DNA of 64,000 nt from contig NMRA01000422.1 in NCBI GenBank assembly GCA_002633005.1, positions 186,001 through 250,000 on the forward strand. The letters run 5' to 3'. The notes under the pieces were generated by a model. That model saw only the letters and a program-made list of their open reading frames with translations. It searched no databases and was not told the DNA's origin. Position 1 is the first letter of the stretch, and each line of letters starts with the position of its first letter. Positions 35,001 to 50,000 of this stretch are shown here, piece by piece. The translations under genes were made by a program, and so were the position numbers. This DNA comes from Phoronis australis (Eukaryota; Animalia; Phoronida).

Positions 35001-38000
35001 TGGACCATCCGTTCAGACGCTGGCACCACAGTACACCTTAGTTTCATTACAATCGACATGGAAGACCACAGCCGCTGTTCTTACGATTACGTGGCCGTGT
35101 ATGACGGTATGTACCCTGCAACGTTTTATCTGGGTAAAAACTATGTGATCGAATTTACACTTTCCACCAGGAAACCTAACGTTTACATTTCGATGTTTTT
35201 TAATGTTTATCACGAGGTTGGAAAACAAAACACCTGCTGAACAAAAAGGCCGAGGATGCCACAATTTGCCAAACCACAGAAAATAGTACACAAACCGCCG
35301 ACTCTGTCAAAATCCATGACCTTGCAAACAAGCTGCGACCAACACTATTGGTTTGAAGTCACTATTCACTAGCGACACCTGTGTGAGTCGATGTTTTACC
35401 TCCAGCAAGTCGTCTGCTCACTACCTAGAAAAGTGGCGCCTCTTCTGGGAATTCCAGTTACGAATCTGTTGTACATAATCTGTGGCCAACCACATATAAT
35501 TGAAGTAGCTTATCACTCTCCCGAAAAACTATTCAACGGTTGCCTTTTAAAACACTTTACTTTGTTCGCACCTGTCTGCAACATAGAATGAATGGAATCA
35601 ACCAAAAGATGAGTAGATGACCCCAGAGCACTGTAGTATGTTTGTGTGTAATAAGATGTACACAGCCATTCAACAGGATTATTTGTCGGTTTACCACTTG
35701 CATTAAAAAATATACATTGTGCTTATTTCTAATAATATTGATGGCACGTCCATGAAACATTGTAACTTGGAGAAATGAAATTTTGCCAAGTATATTTTGC
35801 TCTTTTATTATTTTTTGTTGTTTGTACGCATGATACAGGATGTATTTTTATCCCATAGACGTGAAGTTTACACAGCATGTTGCCAACTATTAGAAATAAT
35901 TTCTGTTTAATTTTCACGGCATGTTCTCATATATTTACACTCTATGTGAATTTTTTACTCGGCGACAAGATTTTTGCCCAGTGAGTTGCTCTGATGGAAG
36001 TTTCTTGATTGATTGGTTGTTTTTTGCTTGCTCGCTTGTTACTACTCACAAGAAAGTTCGTACATGTATTTCTGAGCTGACTGACTAAACATGAAATGTA
36101 TATACAACATGTCTCTTCGCAAGAGCTCGAGGTCTACGATATGAAATCGAACGCAAGGTAGCACTAAGGCGGTCATTCTTCGATTTTTGCACTCCTTTAA
36201 AGCATTTATCTGAAACTTGAGTGGTAGATAGATCCTGTCAAGCTCTGCAAGAAACACACTAACCGTTATACCTGTATCTTACCGATCTCGAGTTATTCGA
36301 GATTTTCCGATCAATGCTCTTTTGTTGAGTGATTATCCTGTCTTGTCCTTCGCCTGCATGTCGCCATCATGTTTTCAAAATTTGATGTTATCTTTGCAAT
36401 CCTTTACACTTGATCGGTCTATTGAGCATATGAAGTATTATTGTATCGTCGGTTGCTGCGAACGAGATTTACGTTGGCGTCGTTACTGACAACTTGTAGC
36501 CGATCGGCAGAGGTGCCGTCGGCGTCGGTGTTTTTATGTCTGAATGGGGCGGTGATTTTTGTCGTTCTTTTTCATCGATGTCTTCAATGTCAAGTGCTGT
36601 TGACTATGGTGTTAATGACGCTGGTTGCGCTCTCGGATAGTCTGTTTTTGTTATCGTTGCTGTAGTTGCCGACGTCGACTACACAATTTTTGTTGGCTCG
36701 TCGTAGTCGTCTATGTCACTAAGCCAACATCGATGGCGCCTTTTTGTCATCGTCGTTATCGTTGTCACCATTAGCACAGTAGTCATACTGGTTGGTGTCA
36801 GCTTCCGCTGACGGTGTTTCGGGCGTTGTCAACTGATGGGCATTAAGCTTACCAATGTCGCTGTAGAGGGCGCTGTGGTAGGCGGAGCCCTGTACGTTGT
36901 GTTCGGCAGTACGCATGGATTGGTTCTAGTTTACAGGATTACGATGTCATTCAAAAAAGAGAGGCGCCATTTTTCTTAGGGGTTCATGAATTCGCTTCTA
37001 ATCATACTGTTATGGGTTACATGGGGTGGGGAATTCCCAGGGTTAGGCGGAAAATTGAGCTTTTCAGAATGTAGAATCGCATTATTAATTTAACGAATAT
37101 TTTGGTGGGACTACACAACCTCTATTAATAACAGGTCTTATGAAGTTTTGAACATTGTTGAAGGACGAGGCATTGCGCATTGTTTTAAACATTTTAAATG
37201 ATTTGGCTTGTAATAGGTGGCTGTTTGAATGCCGTTCGAAACCAAAGTTTTGATGAAGAATGTTTTTGAAGTTGAGCCTTACGTGTAGTTAGACTTAACT
37301 CGGCCTAGTAGGCCAATTCTTACTCAGAACCGGAACCCTACAGTCAGTTGAGGCTGGGCATTTTCGTTCTCTGGAATTTGATTGGAGAATTGCTGTCTTT
37401 GTCACACTGGTCGGGTCGAAACTGAATTACATTTTCTGTTTGAGTGTCCGTTTTTCTTAGATTCCAAAAACATCCTTTACTGCACTGGGACCCCACTAAC
37501 ACAGCCGATCATCAAAACGAAATGGAACAATTTTTTGTCAAAGAAGAAGAAACGCATAAATACAGAAGACAGAAAAATCATTAATCGTCACAGACGTCTA
37601 GACACTTTAATTTAAATCCAGGAAAGAAAATGACGCGCAAGCTTTAGGCGGTAGACCTGAAGCACGGGCAATCATGCCGTTTTCCGTGACTGTCGGCGTC
37701 GAGACATCAGTGCTGTGAACTTCAAAGTCGTCCACGTTATCTTTAGTGTCATGAGCATCGTGTTCGTCTTTGGTGTCGTTGCCTTCGTCGTCGAGTTCAT
37801 TTTTCAGTCGATTTCTACATGTGCCGCTCCTCAGAGACCTTAATTTATTTTAGGTTCAAGCACTTACGCGACACGCCTGGGCAAATATTGTGGTCACTAC
37901 TCAAGCGCATTCTATCTGCAGTCGACTAGTAATATCTTGGTAGTCACGTTCTCAACCGATTCCACAGTCACACGCAGAGGTTTCCAAGCTGATTACAAGT

Positions 38001-41000
38001 CAGGTATGCTATAAGCACTAAATTGAAAATATTGACAATGATTCAGTTTTGCAATCTTATTGTATTTATAATTTCCACTACGTGAACTACAATTGCTACT
38101 ACATGGGCGGCGCAGAACTGAAAAAAGTGGGGGCTATAGCCCCCCAGCCCCTATGGTGCGCCGCCCATGTACTACTATTGCAGCTACTACAGTTGCTACT
38201 AGAAACTAAGGCTACAACAGCTATTAGTATTACTGCTAAGAGAACTACACCAAGTACCACTATTAAATTACAACAACCACTACTACTATTACTAGAACTA
38301 TACTACAGCTACCACCACCACCACTACCCCAACTACTACTACTATTTATTATAACACCACAACCACCACCACCACCACCACCACCACCACCACCACAACC
38401 ACCACCACCAACTACTGCTGCTGTTGCTGCTGCGACTACTAGTGCTACTACTACTACTACTACTACTACTAGTGCTACAACTACTAGTTATAGTGTTACT
38501 ATTATAAAAAGTGCTACTACTGCTGCTGATGCTGCGGCTGCTGCTGCTACTGCTACTTGTACTGTACAGCTACAGCTAGTGTTATTGCTACTGCAACAGC
38601 AATAACAACTACAAGTACTACAAATACAACTTTTCGTTACTATCAGTAAAACTATTATCTTTGCCATTAATTCAACTACGTCTAATACTACTACTTATAC
38701 TAGTACAACAAAACAGCTGTAATTGTCGTAATTGCGTTTTTCTGTTTACTGAAATTTCAAGAAGCAGCATGCACGGGGTTATTACGGAGTACCTGGTATG
38801 AAAATAACTAGGTGATGGGAAAATTTTAAACGCAAGAAAGTGACTAAGTACATGAAAAAAAAAGGAATTAAAAATTAAAGCTGTTTGACGTGTATTTTCA
38901 GTTTGTGGGGGTCTCTTACAAGGAACGCGTGGCATTATTCACTCGCCACTTTATCCCAGTGCATATGATAATAACGTCAGTTGTGTGTGGACGGTGCAAG
39001 TGACCAGTGGCCATTCTATCCAGCTAACATTTGAGGCATTCGATATCCAAGGAACTCAAGGCAGTTGCAGTGGTGACTACCTGGAGGTAGGTGGTGATCT
39101 CATTCTCGGTGAAATTCAAAAGCAGGGCAATTCAACGAGTACTGGGAAAAATCTTACTGCCAGTAATATTATTCATGACATACACACAACAGTGGCGGAT
39201 CTAGGATATCATAAAGAGGGGCAACACTTTGTCTAACAAACAACCGCGTCGAAAGCAAGAATCTCGAGGCGCATAGCGCCGAATGGGGGGGGAGGAAATC
39301 CCCTCCCGCCCGGGAAACTGAAACAGTTGTTTTTTCCTCTAAAAACAAGGATTTTCCTTGATTTCTGAAGTATTATCAAAGAAAATAAAAACAGTGAGAA
39401 CGTGTAAAACGATGTGTCTTCCAGCATGCGCGTTCCATTATCGGGATCATACTAAGCGACCTAACCTACTTTTTATGGTTCACAGCGTTCGCGCGCGAAC
39501 CGGCTTCTTTCCGTAACGTTTATTACACGCTTTATATTTTGTGCAACCAGTTCGTAGCAAAAGTTGTTGTATTTAAAATAGTCTTAATGCCCAAAAGACC
39601 AAATCCGTTTTTCGTGTTGACAATAACCACGCGATTGCTTTGCAAATTGTCCTTAATTTTTAATGCTTGACAAAGAGAGAATAATGAGTTATGAGTGATT
39701 TACTAAGGATTCGATTAAAATTTACATCTTACCAGCAGCTTCTGTCTCTTCATCGTCACTCAGGTTCCGTTTTCTTTAAAAAAAATTAAGTAATTTTCTT
39801 CACTGCATAGTGGAGCAGGCGACGGAAACGGAGTGGTAGTGCACAGCGCCACTGCCAGTCGCCTGGAATATCCCGCACACATCGACCTTGAGCGCCAAAG
39901 TAGCCATAGTTACCGTTACGATTGCTCAGGTTGTCTGAATTAGACACTTGAAATCGGGTTTGAGCCATCCCACACACACGCGCGCGCGCACACTCACAAA
40001 CTAATACTCTTCACATTGTTAAATTTTGTTTCAGCCTTATGANGACATTAACCACGCGATTGCTTTGCAAATTGTCCTTAATTTTTAATGCTTGACAAAG
40101 AGAGAATAATGAGTTATGAGTGATTTACTAAGGATTCGATTAAAATTTACATCTTACCAGCAGCTTCTTTCTCTTCATCGTCACTCAGGTTCCGTTTTCT
40201 TTAAAAAAAATTAAGTAATTTTCTTCACTGCATAGTGGAGCAGGCGACGGAAACGGAGTGGTAGTGCACAGCGCCACTGCCAGTCGCCTGGAATATCCCG
40301 CACACATCGACCTTGAGCGCTAAAGTAGCCATAGTTACCGTTACGATTGCTCAGGTTGTCTGAATTAGACACTTGAAATCGGGTTTGAGCCATCCCACAC
40401 ACACGCGCGCGCGCACACTCACAAACTAATACTCTTCACATTGTTAAATTTTGTTTCAGCCTTATGATGTTAATTATGGAAGTTAATTATTAAACTCAAT
40501 ATTTGCTCACACTCTTGCTGTTCTAATTTTTTGCGGGGTGCTCAGGCCCCCTTGGCCCCCCACCTAAATCTGCCTATGCACAATCTGAATGAAATGATCT
40601 TTGTTTGCCAGACTAGGTCGAAAATGACACAGATGCAACAGAATGAAAACAACATTAACTTAAGAACACACTTTGCGTTTAACCTCGTAAAACGAGAACC
40701 ACTTATTAAAATATAATTAGGAAATTGACTGAAATGTGTTAATTATGTTTCATGACTCTAAACACTGAGTGACGCAAGCGGTTTCCCCACACATTAGTAA
40801 TCGAAAAAGGGTATTTAAAACAACAACGATCAATTTTAATTACATATTTTGTCACACATTATTTAGCGGATTTTTACTCTGAACGATTCTAAGTATGTTT
40901 TCCCCTTCAAGTTAAAGGTTTATTTTCTAAATTTAGTTTTTCATTACGACTTCTACAGATAAGAAATGGAGGATACGCCAGCTCGCCCCCAATTGGCTGT

Positions 41001-44000
41001 AGCGGACAATTAACTTGCAAACTGTGCGGCGACGCAGCACCGACACTTTCGGCTTCAAGCTCCAACAAAGTTTCGATAAAATTTGTATCGGACCACTCGG
41101 GACAATCTACGGGATTCAAGATTGTCTACCGCCAAGTTGCCTTCTCGTGCACCGATCGACTGACTCTGACTGACGAAGTTCCTAGTGGAAACCTGATGTC
41201 GCCGAATTATCCTGATGCATATCCACATAATATCGATTGCACTTGGATCATCGAAGCCCCTAACAGCGAGCTTGTTCAAGTCGATTTTCAAGATTTTGAC
41301 ATCGAATCATCTAAGTATGACAATCCTACCTTATTTAACATGAATTTTTCGGTAGTGCGGACTTTTTACTGAAAAAAATCACTAGGTTCAGGCTTACGAA
41401 TTGTACATCTGCGCCGAATTTCTGTGGACTTTGTGGACTTCTGTCTCGTTTGCTCGGACTTTTTGTTTCATTGAGGAGGAACTTTTCGCCCAATTCGCCA
41501 AATCGGGGGTTCCGTTCGAGCCCCCGAGCCCCTCCTGGGTGCGTCCATGAAATGATTGTGTCTGTTTGAAAATGCTTGTATTGAATATTTCTCATCCGAA
41601 AAATAGAAATACCTTTCGCAAAGGTACCGAGTGAAATTGTAATTTTGAATAGCATGTTACCTTGGTTGTGTCAGTTGATGACAGAGTAGCTGCGGCGTTT
41701 ATTATACTGGTTAATCAAGGCATAACAAACTGCCCTTGTTCTTCGTTGGCTTGGCTGAGGACAGACGTTTTCTTCGGCTGAATGTGGGTCATGTTTTAAT
41801 GATATTCTTGATATCAAAACATCTTGACATGATAATGATTTTTTAAGCGAACACTATCGGTTTTACGGTCGAAAAACATATTTTGGCACTAAATGGGACA
41901 GACTCCTTGAACTTATTACCTTTGACCAGAATTATAAAACAATGACATCCGTTTATTGCAAATTGACAACTCTTTCGGCCGTTGTCTGCCAGACATTCGC
42001 TGAAATCAAGGTCAGTGACCTAAAAATTGGACTGCGACCCCTGATGGTGTAAGTTCGATGCCGCGTTTCAGCTGATCTCTTATGATATTTTTTCTCGCCA
42101 GTAACGTCCCTTTACCCGTAAACAATAAAGAGCAAAAACACAGTTTCATGGCCCAGTTTGACTTGCAGCGGCAATCTTTCGGATATATCCGGAGCTCAGT
42201 TTTTTAAGTAAAATTTTGAATTTGCTGGTAGCAGTAAGAAAATGTTTTGTTAGGCCATGTTTTTCTATTTGGGTACTTGCATTTAGTTTGTTGTTTGACT
42301 TCATTACCATCGCGGTAGTTATATGTCAAGAGAAATTTTACGGCCAATCCCATTCAGTTTTTTCAGATGTCGTTACGACTTTTTGGAACTAAGAGACGGA
42401 GGTACAGAAAGCAGTCCTTTGATCCGCCAATTCTGTGGAAAAGATAAACCCGACAGTGTTCGATCCACGACAAGCAAACTGTACATGCGATTTCGCACTG
42501 ACGGTAGTTTTGCTGGAAGAGGATTCAAAGCAAGATATGCAATAGGTAATCGCACCTTTGTAAGGACCAGATATTCTGAACGCTGTAACTGATAGTACGA
42601 AAATAGCCCACAGGACGCAGCAACTAAAAGAATCAGTGAAATCCCACATAACTAAAGGGGACCCAGAGAGCCAAAAAATAATAAAAAACTAAGACGTAAT
42701 TTCTGTTATTGAGCTCTGCATCAAAATGTGCTATTTTCGTGAATTAAATGAAAAATAACATGAAATATGCCTGCGAAAAGGTGGCGCACGACGTCCCCTC
42801 AGTCCTACACTTAAGGTTTTACGGTCAAGACGCATATTGGAGGTTAATTTTGAGTGAAATTGACTTCCTGAAGCTATTACCCTTCAACGAAGCCATAAAG
42901 CAATAAAACTTGTGACTTCATTAGAAATTTCCTTTCCCGGTTCAAAAAATCTTACAGTTAAACCTACTTCAAATCGAGGCGACGACCTCATCAGTTTCTT
43001 TGTTGCTAAGCACCATCGGAATGGGTATCGTACTCTGGATAAACAAAGAAACCGGGTTAAACAGGGTTGGCTACAGGTCTCGATGTGGTGGCAAAGAAAG
43101 AGTGAAAGAGATTGAGCCACATAGCCAACAAGAGTTAGCACGGGTCTAACCAGGTTGGGACAAAGCCGACGCGGTGGGTGCGTTGTGTGAGCCAGCTTTA
43201 GAATGGGGCTATTCGGAGAATTGACCTATCGCCAGGATTATGACAGACGGCATAATTGACCAATCAGAACGCAGCATTCTTGGCACACCTTCGTCTGCGT
43301 TTCCAAGCCGCCATTATACCCGACAAACCACACGTAGTCGAGTAAAACTTACTTTGGTCTATAGCTCAAGAAATTGTCCGCTAAGAATGGGGAAACAGTG
43401 TTGATATGGCGTGTGTAGCACCGAAAGCCCTTATGCTGCTCCAAAATAATATCCCGTCATTTTTGGCATGTCCTAAGCCGAAAAATGATGTTGAAAAGCG
43501 TAAACTATGGATCAAACTGTACGGCCACACGAGCAGCTGAACTTAGCGATGTTGCTTGATAACTCGAAGGCTATAATAAACACAAATATATTAGTTCCAA
43601 GATACGCACTTTTCAGCTTGGTGGCTATGGTGAAGGGCTATCTCAGATCGTGACTCCCGAGTTTCCTACGTCTGGCCGCCTTTGTCTCGACACCTGCTGG
43701 ATCTCAGCACTCTAGCGGTATAGTCCCCAGAAATTGTTGTTTTCAAGGACATTTTTATTTTATGCTTTTTTATTTATTTCAACCTAACAGAGGTACATTT
43801 TTGTTATTCATAAACCCGTAGGCTGGCGTTCAACTGAACTTCTCTCCCGGTCAAAATTCAGAGATTCCATCGGCACAGGGAGGGCAACGGGATTACTGCC
43901 GGTAACTCAAAGCCTTGGTCGAGCTGTTGTCACTAAAAATAAACTGTTGAATTACTTTTTGACGTGTACCTCTAGTATACACTATGTCTGTAGAGTTAGA

Positions 44001-47000
44001 CAGAGCTCATTTTGAAGTTGTTCAAACATGATATGTAGATTTATGAAGCTTTAAAAAAGAATTTGAGTTATTTTTGTAAATACCCTATNNNNNNNNNNNN
44101 NNNNNNNNNNNNNNNNNNNNNNNNNNNNNNNNNNNNNNNNNNNNNNNNNNNNNNNNNNNNNNNNNNNNNNNNNNNNNNNNNNNNNNNNNNNNNNNNNNNN
44201 NNNNNNNNNNNNNNNNNNNNNNNNAAGGGGGCCATGGTCCCCCTAAAATTCACTCAGATTCCATGTGGCAGTTGGGGGCTGCGAATGTCTGACGGGCAAA
44301 ATCCTGGCTAATACTCTGCCGTGGCCCCCTTAACTCAAAATCATGGATCTGCCCCTGATTATTGCTATTTTCCCTGTTGCAAGTCTTCGACAGGTGGTCA
44401 CAAATTCCCAAAAGACCTAAGGTTACTACACGGAGAATTGCGGTCGAAAGGGTCAACCAACTGACAAAAGTGTGTGGATGTCGAAGCCCCTTGTGTGCTC
44501 TATGCATTTCCATTGGGATACTACATAACGTTACTTGGTAAGTTTTTAGCCTTCAGTTTCTATTGACATCGTTCGGTAATGTTATCTCCACCAGTTACCC
44601 CAACTGAATAGCGGGTTTATTGAGTGGAACTAAGTGTTTCTCTTCGGAAACTCACCCGGGACTCGGATGCCGGGTAGGCTGTCAGCACATATTCACATAT
44701 TGTCCAGGGTGGGAGTTCGCCACATATAAGAGGTGTATGGTACGTGACGCTCAGAAGTCAAGGGTGACTTTTTCACAGCAGTTTCTCTTCAAAACTATGC
44801 TATGTCCAATAAAATTCTCTAGATGAGTGAGTTTCCTTATTTTATAGCAGACCCCACCCCCAGGACTACCAGATTAGTTACCGAATTAGCATGAATAAGA
44901 TATTCAGTAAATGTCGTAACATTGCATTGGAATAAAAATTGACACCTGGAATGAATTTTACTTGTTGAGATCAGAAGCACATTTTAGGTGTCATGAAAAA
45001 TACACATTGTTAAATCACTTTTAGCCTGTTTCACATATTTCAGATCTTAAACAAGACTTGGGTACAAAGATTATTAGTTTCTACATATAAACATGAAGAT
45101 GAAACGTCAAGTATGTTCTGCCTTACAAAAGTAGTTTTGTCTTGTGTTTTCTTTTATAACTTGCTAATATTTCTTTGACTACTCTGTTACAGGTGAGAGA
45201 AAATCACTGAAACCAGCCGCCTGACCGTCTATTTTACCTTTGGATAAAGTGAAAAGCAATCCTTCAGCAATAACCTGAGAGAATTGAACCTACTTCAGAA
45301 ATTCAACCCTTGATATCGATGCCGGATTATGGACTCCGTTGCATTGGGAAAATTACAATTGTTTTTAACAATATTGTTTCTTTGTATGTATGTGATTGTT
45401 CAGTTTGCCATGTTGTTTTTAAATACAATGATAATTGTTTATTCTCGAATCTTGTGCATAACAGATTCTTATCCAACTAGCTACAATTGAAAATATACTT
45501 GTCTTACATGTGGAACTTTTGTTCATAGACAAGTTAACACAAAACGTAAAATTGTTCAAAGGCCTTCTTAAGAAAGTTCTAAAAATACGCACACACACAC
45601 ACACACACAAACAAATTAAATGCAAAAGGAATACTGCATTTTGATTGCTGCACATTTCTATAGGTCAACAGGAAAATGACAATTCGCAAGGGTATTCGGT
45701 AATCATTTCAGCTTTATAAAGGATAAGCACAACTGCCTTGTATGGGCTTTAAAACTGAAGAATAATTGTGGTTTCAATAATTAGTGACAAACTTGCCTGT
45801 TGATGAAAAATTTATTCGATCATCAAAGTGTAACATTAACGGCTTTCTACTGACAATAAGACGATGCAGTCACTGAATGTCATTTTCCCATACCATTAGT
45901 GTAAAGCCTTTCTTTTGAAAGGAAATGTTAATGTTAATGTCACTCAGTGAAAAAGGACAGGTCATTTATATCAGACGCTTTTGGTTTTCATTTCACTGGG
46001 ATCTAGTTTCAATGGCCTATAGGAGCGCTTGTAAAAAAGGTCCAATTTCGGCACGTGGCTTTCCTTCATGAAACCTCATTCAGCTTCAACAACATCCACA
46101 ATTAGATCCTTGAAGGTACACACAACAGCATATCATAGTGACTCGTTTTGTGCCCAAAATCTGACCCTGAACTAGACCAGAGTGTAACTAGATCTTCTTT
46201 AGATTCAGTCTCTCATGTTTCTTTCAGGAAAGGAAATAAGCTATTGCCCACACGACTCATTGCCTATGAAAGGGCATCTTCACCAACGAGGTTGACTTGT
46301 GTAGCAGTCAGATATAGTTTCTCTTCATACACAAACAATCCACAGGCACATTGTCTTATGGTAACTTAGTACTGCGATTCACATTTCTCCAGGGCCACTG
46401 ACTTGTACATTGTGCCATGCAGCATTGCTGGTGTGTGGAATTGCTGTGGGAATAGAAAGGAGTAACAAAGCTTTTCTATGTTGCGGCTTGAAGTGGCCTT
46501 AAAATGTCATTGAACCTGGAACAAATATTGAAATATGAATAATTAAGTACTCAGGTTGGGTCAAATATATGATATAGTGACTGCTGTACAATTTCACACA
46601 AAATTAAATAATTATTGTTTTCAGAAAGCAAGGGCGTATATGATAAGTATTGTATAAAACTGCGCCTTTATTTTTCATCCGTAGCCATAACAATTCTTTA
46701 AACGCATCACTTGTCTGCAAAGTATGCACGTTTTTTGAGACAACTTCAAACCTTTGATACCCATTTTCAAGCCTTTTTATTTTTGATACTTTCAGCAATT
46801 TTAAACTCCGATTACAGATTCATGGGTCTGTCAAGCATACTTCTAGTCTAAAGCTGAGGGAACCGTTTCTCAGACTGTATTACCTGTTATGTCCACAAAT
46901 TCAGTTGCACCAAACTTTTCAACCCCAACCCCCTATGCCAATCCCCCGCTAAGGACCTGAATAAGTAAATTAACAAAACGACTTACACACCTTTCTTTAA

Positions 47001-50000
47001 AAATAGCTGTTCCTTATCAAAGGCTTTGTTCGTTGTGTCACAAACCAATATCGAGTTGACAGCATAAACATTCAGCAGTGATTGATGTAACTGTCACTGA
47101 TAAACCTGTTAGAAATCATTCCAAACAATAATACTGCTTTGATGTACGAAAAGATCCAGTGTGCTACGTCAAGTATCGTAACACACATCACAACCAAGAT
47201 TAACCCGACTGGCACCTGCCGTGAAGTCGACATCAGCGAGTACCTCAGTTAACAGGCATCAGTAGCATAAACATGGAATAATCGTTAAAATAATAACTAA
47301 CCTTACGTTTGTATAAGGTCGTGCTTACTTCCTCTCATAGAAGCACTCTTTTCACGCAACCTCAGATTTAGTTGGCACGGCTGCAAGCCGTTTCACCATG
47401 TATTTAAAGGGCTCGCGAAGTCGAGGCTGCTTATCTATCACCACTAGTACATGCGCGCCCTCTAATTAATGTACATTTTCCGAATAGCCCCGATGCTGGC
47501 CCTGTTCAGACGGTGGCATTATCTCCCGAGACTATGTGAGAAAAATACGTGAAGAGCCCAAACATATCGGAGGAGCGGCCTCTCCCCAATAATTCTTTGG
47601 GAACGAAATCAAGCCGCACCTGACCTTGGCTGTCATGCTAGATGGTTTCGACAGGGGTTTTTCGAACTAATTTTCTCCAACTTCAGAATAAGTTTGGTGC
47701 TTTACTATGGTCGGCTGATACTCGTTTTTGGAGCTCATAAATTTGTGGTCATGTGATTGTATTTTAAGAGGGCCATGCCCAGAATATTTCAGGCATTTAT
47801 TTTTGGTACTCCAAGCGACAATTTTCGGTCTAGTTTTACTTTGCTTTACCAATAGGCTTTTGCGGGATGTTGGCGTGACCCGCCTTTAGAGATATCTACG
47901 ATGCTTGTGATACATTTGCCATGTGGTTTACGATTACATTTTCTCTGCCACTATTAAAATGTAAAGGCTTGAATGTACAGTAGTAGGGACCGGTGCCAAC
48001 GAATTTAATAATTGTCACATTTCATAGAAGCAAGTTGGATTTATTGTGAATGTAAACTTCCCTTTACATGTTATGTAACCTAACATATCTGGGCCACGAG
48101 TGGTGATGTGAGTTCAGTTGCTCAACTAGTAACCCTCATCCCATCCGCAGGTCTCATCTTCATGCTTTAGTAGTCAAATTATAGATCAGCATGGTGTTTT
48201 ACATGCGTGGTGAACTGTGAAAGCATAGTGTTTTCTGTATTGTTATGCTGACTGTGTACACCTAGCGTGCGTTCAGTGAGGCTAGGACCTACGCCAGGAA
48301 TTACTAAAACCTAGTCAAAGTCACATGCTCCACTTCAAAATACACGGCAATGTCTCACGTTATCTCGCGAAGTCTTGCGTTTTAGCGAGGTCCTAGCGCT
48401 ATCTGTCACCTGCTCGTCACTTCGTCAATTTTTCTCCTACAAGGCAAAGCACATATCCTTAAGTTTGGTATAGCAAGACATAAGCATAGCGCATTTCCCT
48501 TATTGTATAGTATAAATAGGTAAATAAAACAACAAGAATGGATCAACTGAAATTTTCGGATGTAATAACGTCTTTTGTCCACAGAAACAGAAACAGAAAC
48601 AGAAATAAAGTAAAATCAAACACTATATGACAATTGACATTTAAGATATGGCGTAATGAATGTGATACATTTTTGGGTAAAAAAATCAATGACATATTTT
48701 AAGAAGTTTTTATGTTCAATCCATGAGGTTCTCTTGTATTGAGCTTTTCTATCCAATATTGCTCTCTTTTGAGTCTGTATAGAAAATGTAACCTTTGACC
48801 TTTGATGGAAACAAAGCAGTGGCGACTATTCACTTGGGAAATGTTTACTGGGCAATCCTTTGAGCGCATGCGCTCATACATATTCTTGGGGGCGGAGAAT
48901 TTTGAAATCTGTATTGAAATGAAAGAGTTTATATTTCGTCTGCGTTTTAAATATGGTTAATCTGGGCTGAGCTGCATGAAGCTATAAAAGTTATCCGCTG
49001 GATAAGTTTGATTGTTGCATGACGTCAGGTGCATTGTTCAACAATAACAACGAGACACGTGATAATGCAATGTCATTGTTGCTATACGACGTATTACTTT
49101 TATGTAACTGCATGGGGCCCTGATGATTTTTTCTAGAAATTCTTGCAAGCACGAGTTTTTGCGTTCCATGCCTCTTGATGTATCATGGAGGTTACGTAGG
49201 GCCTGATAGACAAGCCTACGTATTTACCAAATATCAATAAAACTGTATATTTCAAATCAGAAAACGTATATATTTTCTCGAAAGTAAAAAGCCTGCAAAA
49301 ATTGTCTTTTGAAATTTCGCCATTCTGACTTTAATAAGTTTACGTGATCATGTTTTTTAAGAAAATTTTTCAAAAAATGAATTGTACATTTTTAGCAAAA
49401 CAACAGTATTAATGACATGATCCAATTTTGTTTGATGTAAGGGTTCCCAGAGAGATCTCAAAAACGACGTTTTATTTTTCCATGAAAATTATAAATTCCT
49501 GTATTTGAAAGCGCAAAAGTGGTGCATTTTAAGAACAATTCCTGACAACGTTTTGAAAAACAACAAAAGCATGACATCTGAAAGTTCAATGTGAAATCCT
49601 ATAAACCATTTCTGAAATATGATGTTCCGAACTAAGCCAAATTTGGACATTTTACTAAGGACCTACAAAACTTCAGCTAATGTTTTTCTGTGATTGTAAC
49701 TCTTGTCATCGTTATTTACATGTAATCTTTTGATGTTCTAGCGACCTGTGGAGGCACATTTAACTCTCGCTCTGGTGTTCTCCAATCACCAAACTACCCT
49801 TCTAACTACGACACCCACGCCAACTGTACATGGTATATCCATGGACCATTTGGACATTACATAAACATCACCTTTGACTATTTTGAGCTTCAAACTAGTG
49901 ACGGATGCTCTAAAGACTTTATTGAACTCAGGCACAAAAACGAAAGCGGTAAGTATAATTACTATGGTTCAAGTTCATAAATTTAGGACACTTCATTTGA

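Noticed and set aside
36430-36916. GTC/GAC-rich region with minus-strand ORF MRTAEHNVQ...
   Set aside because: Looks like degenerate trinucleotide low-complexity DNA; stops in all extended frames, no domain or splice support.
38049-38354. 101-aa ORF
   Set aside because: Made of a micro-MITE plus trinucleotide repeats within an intron.
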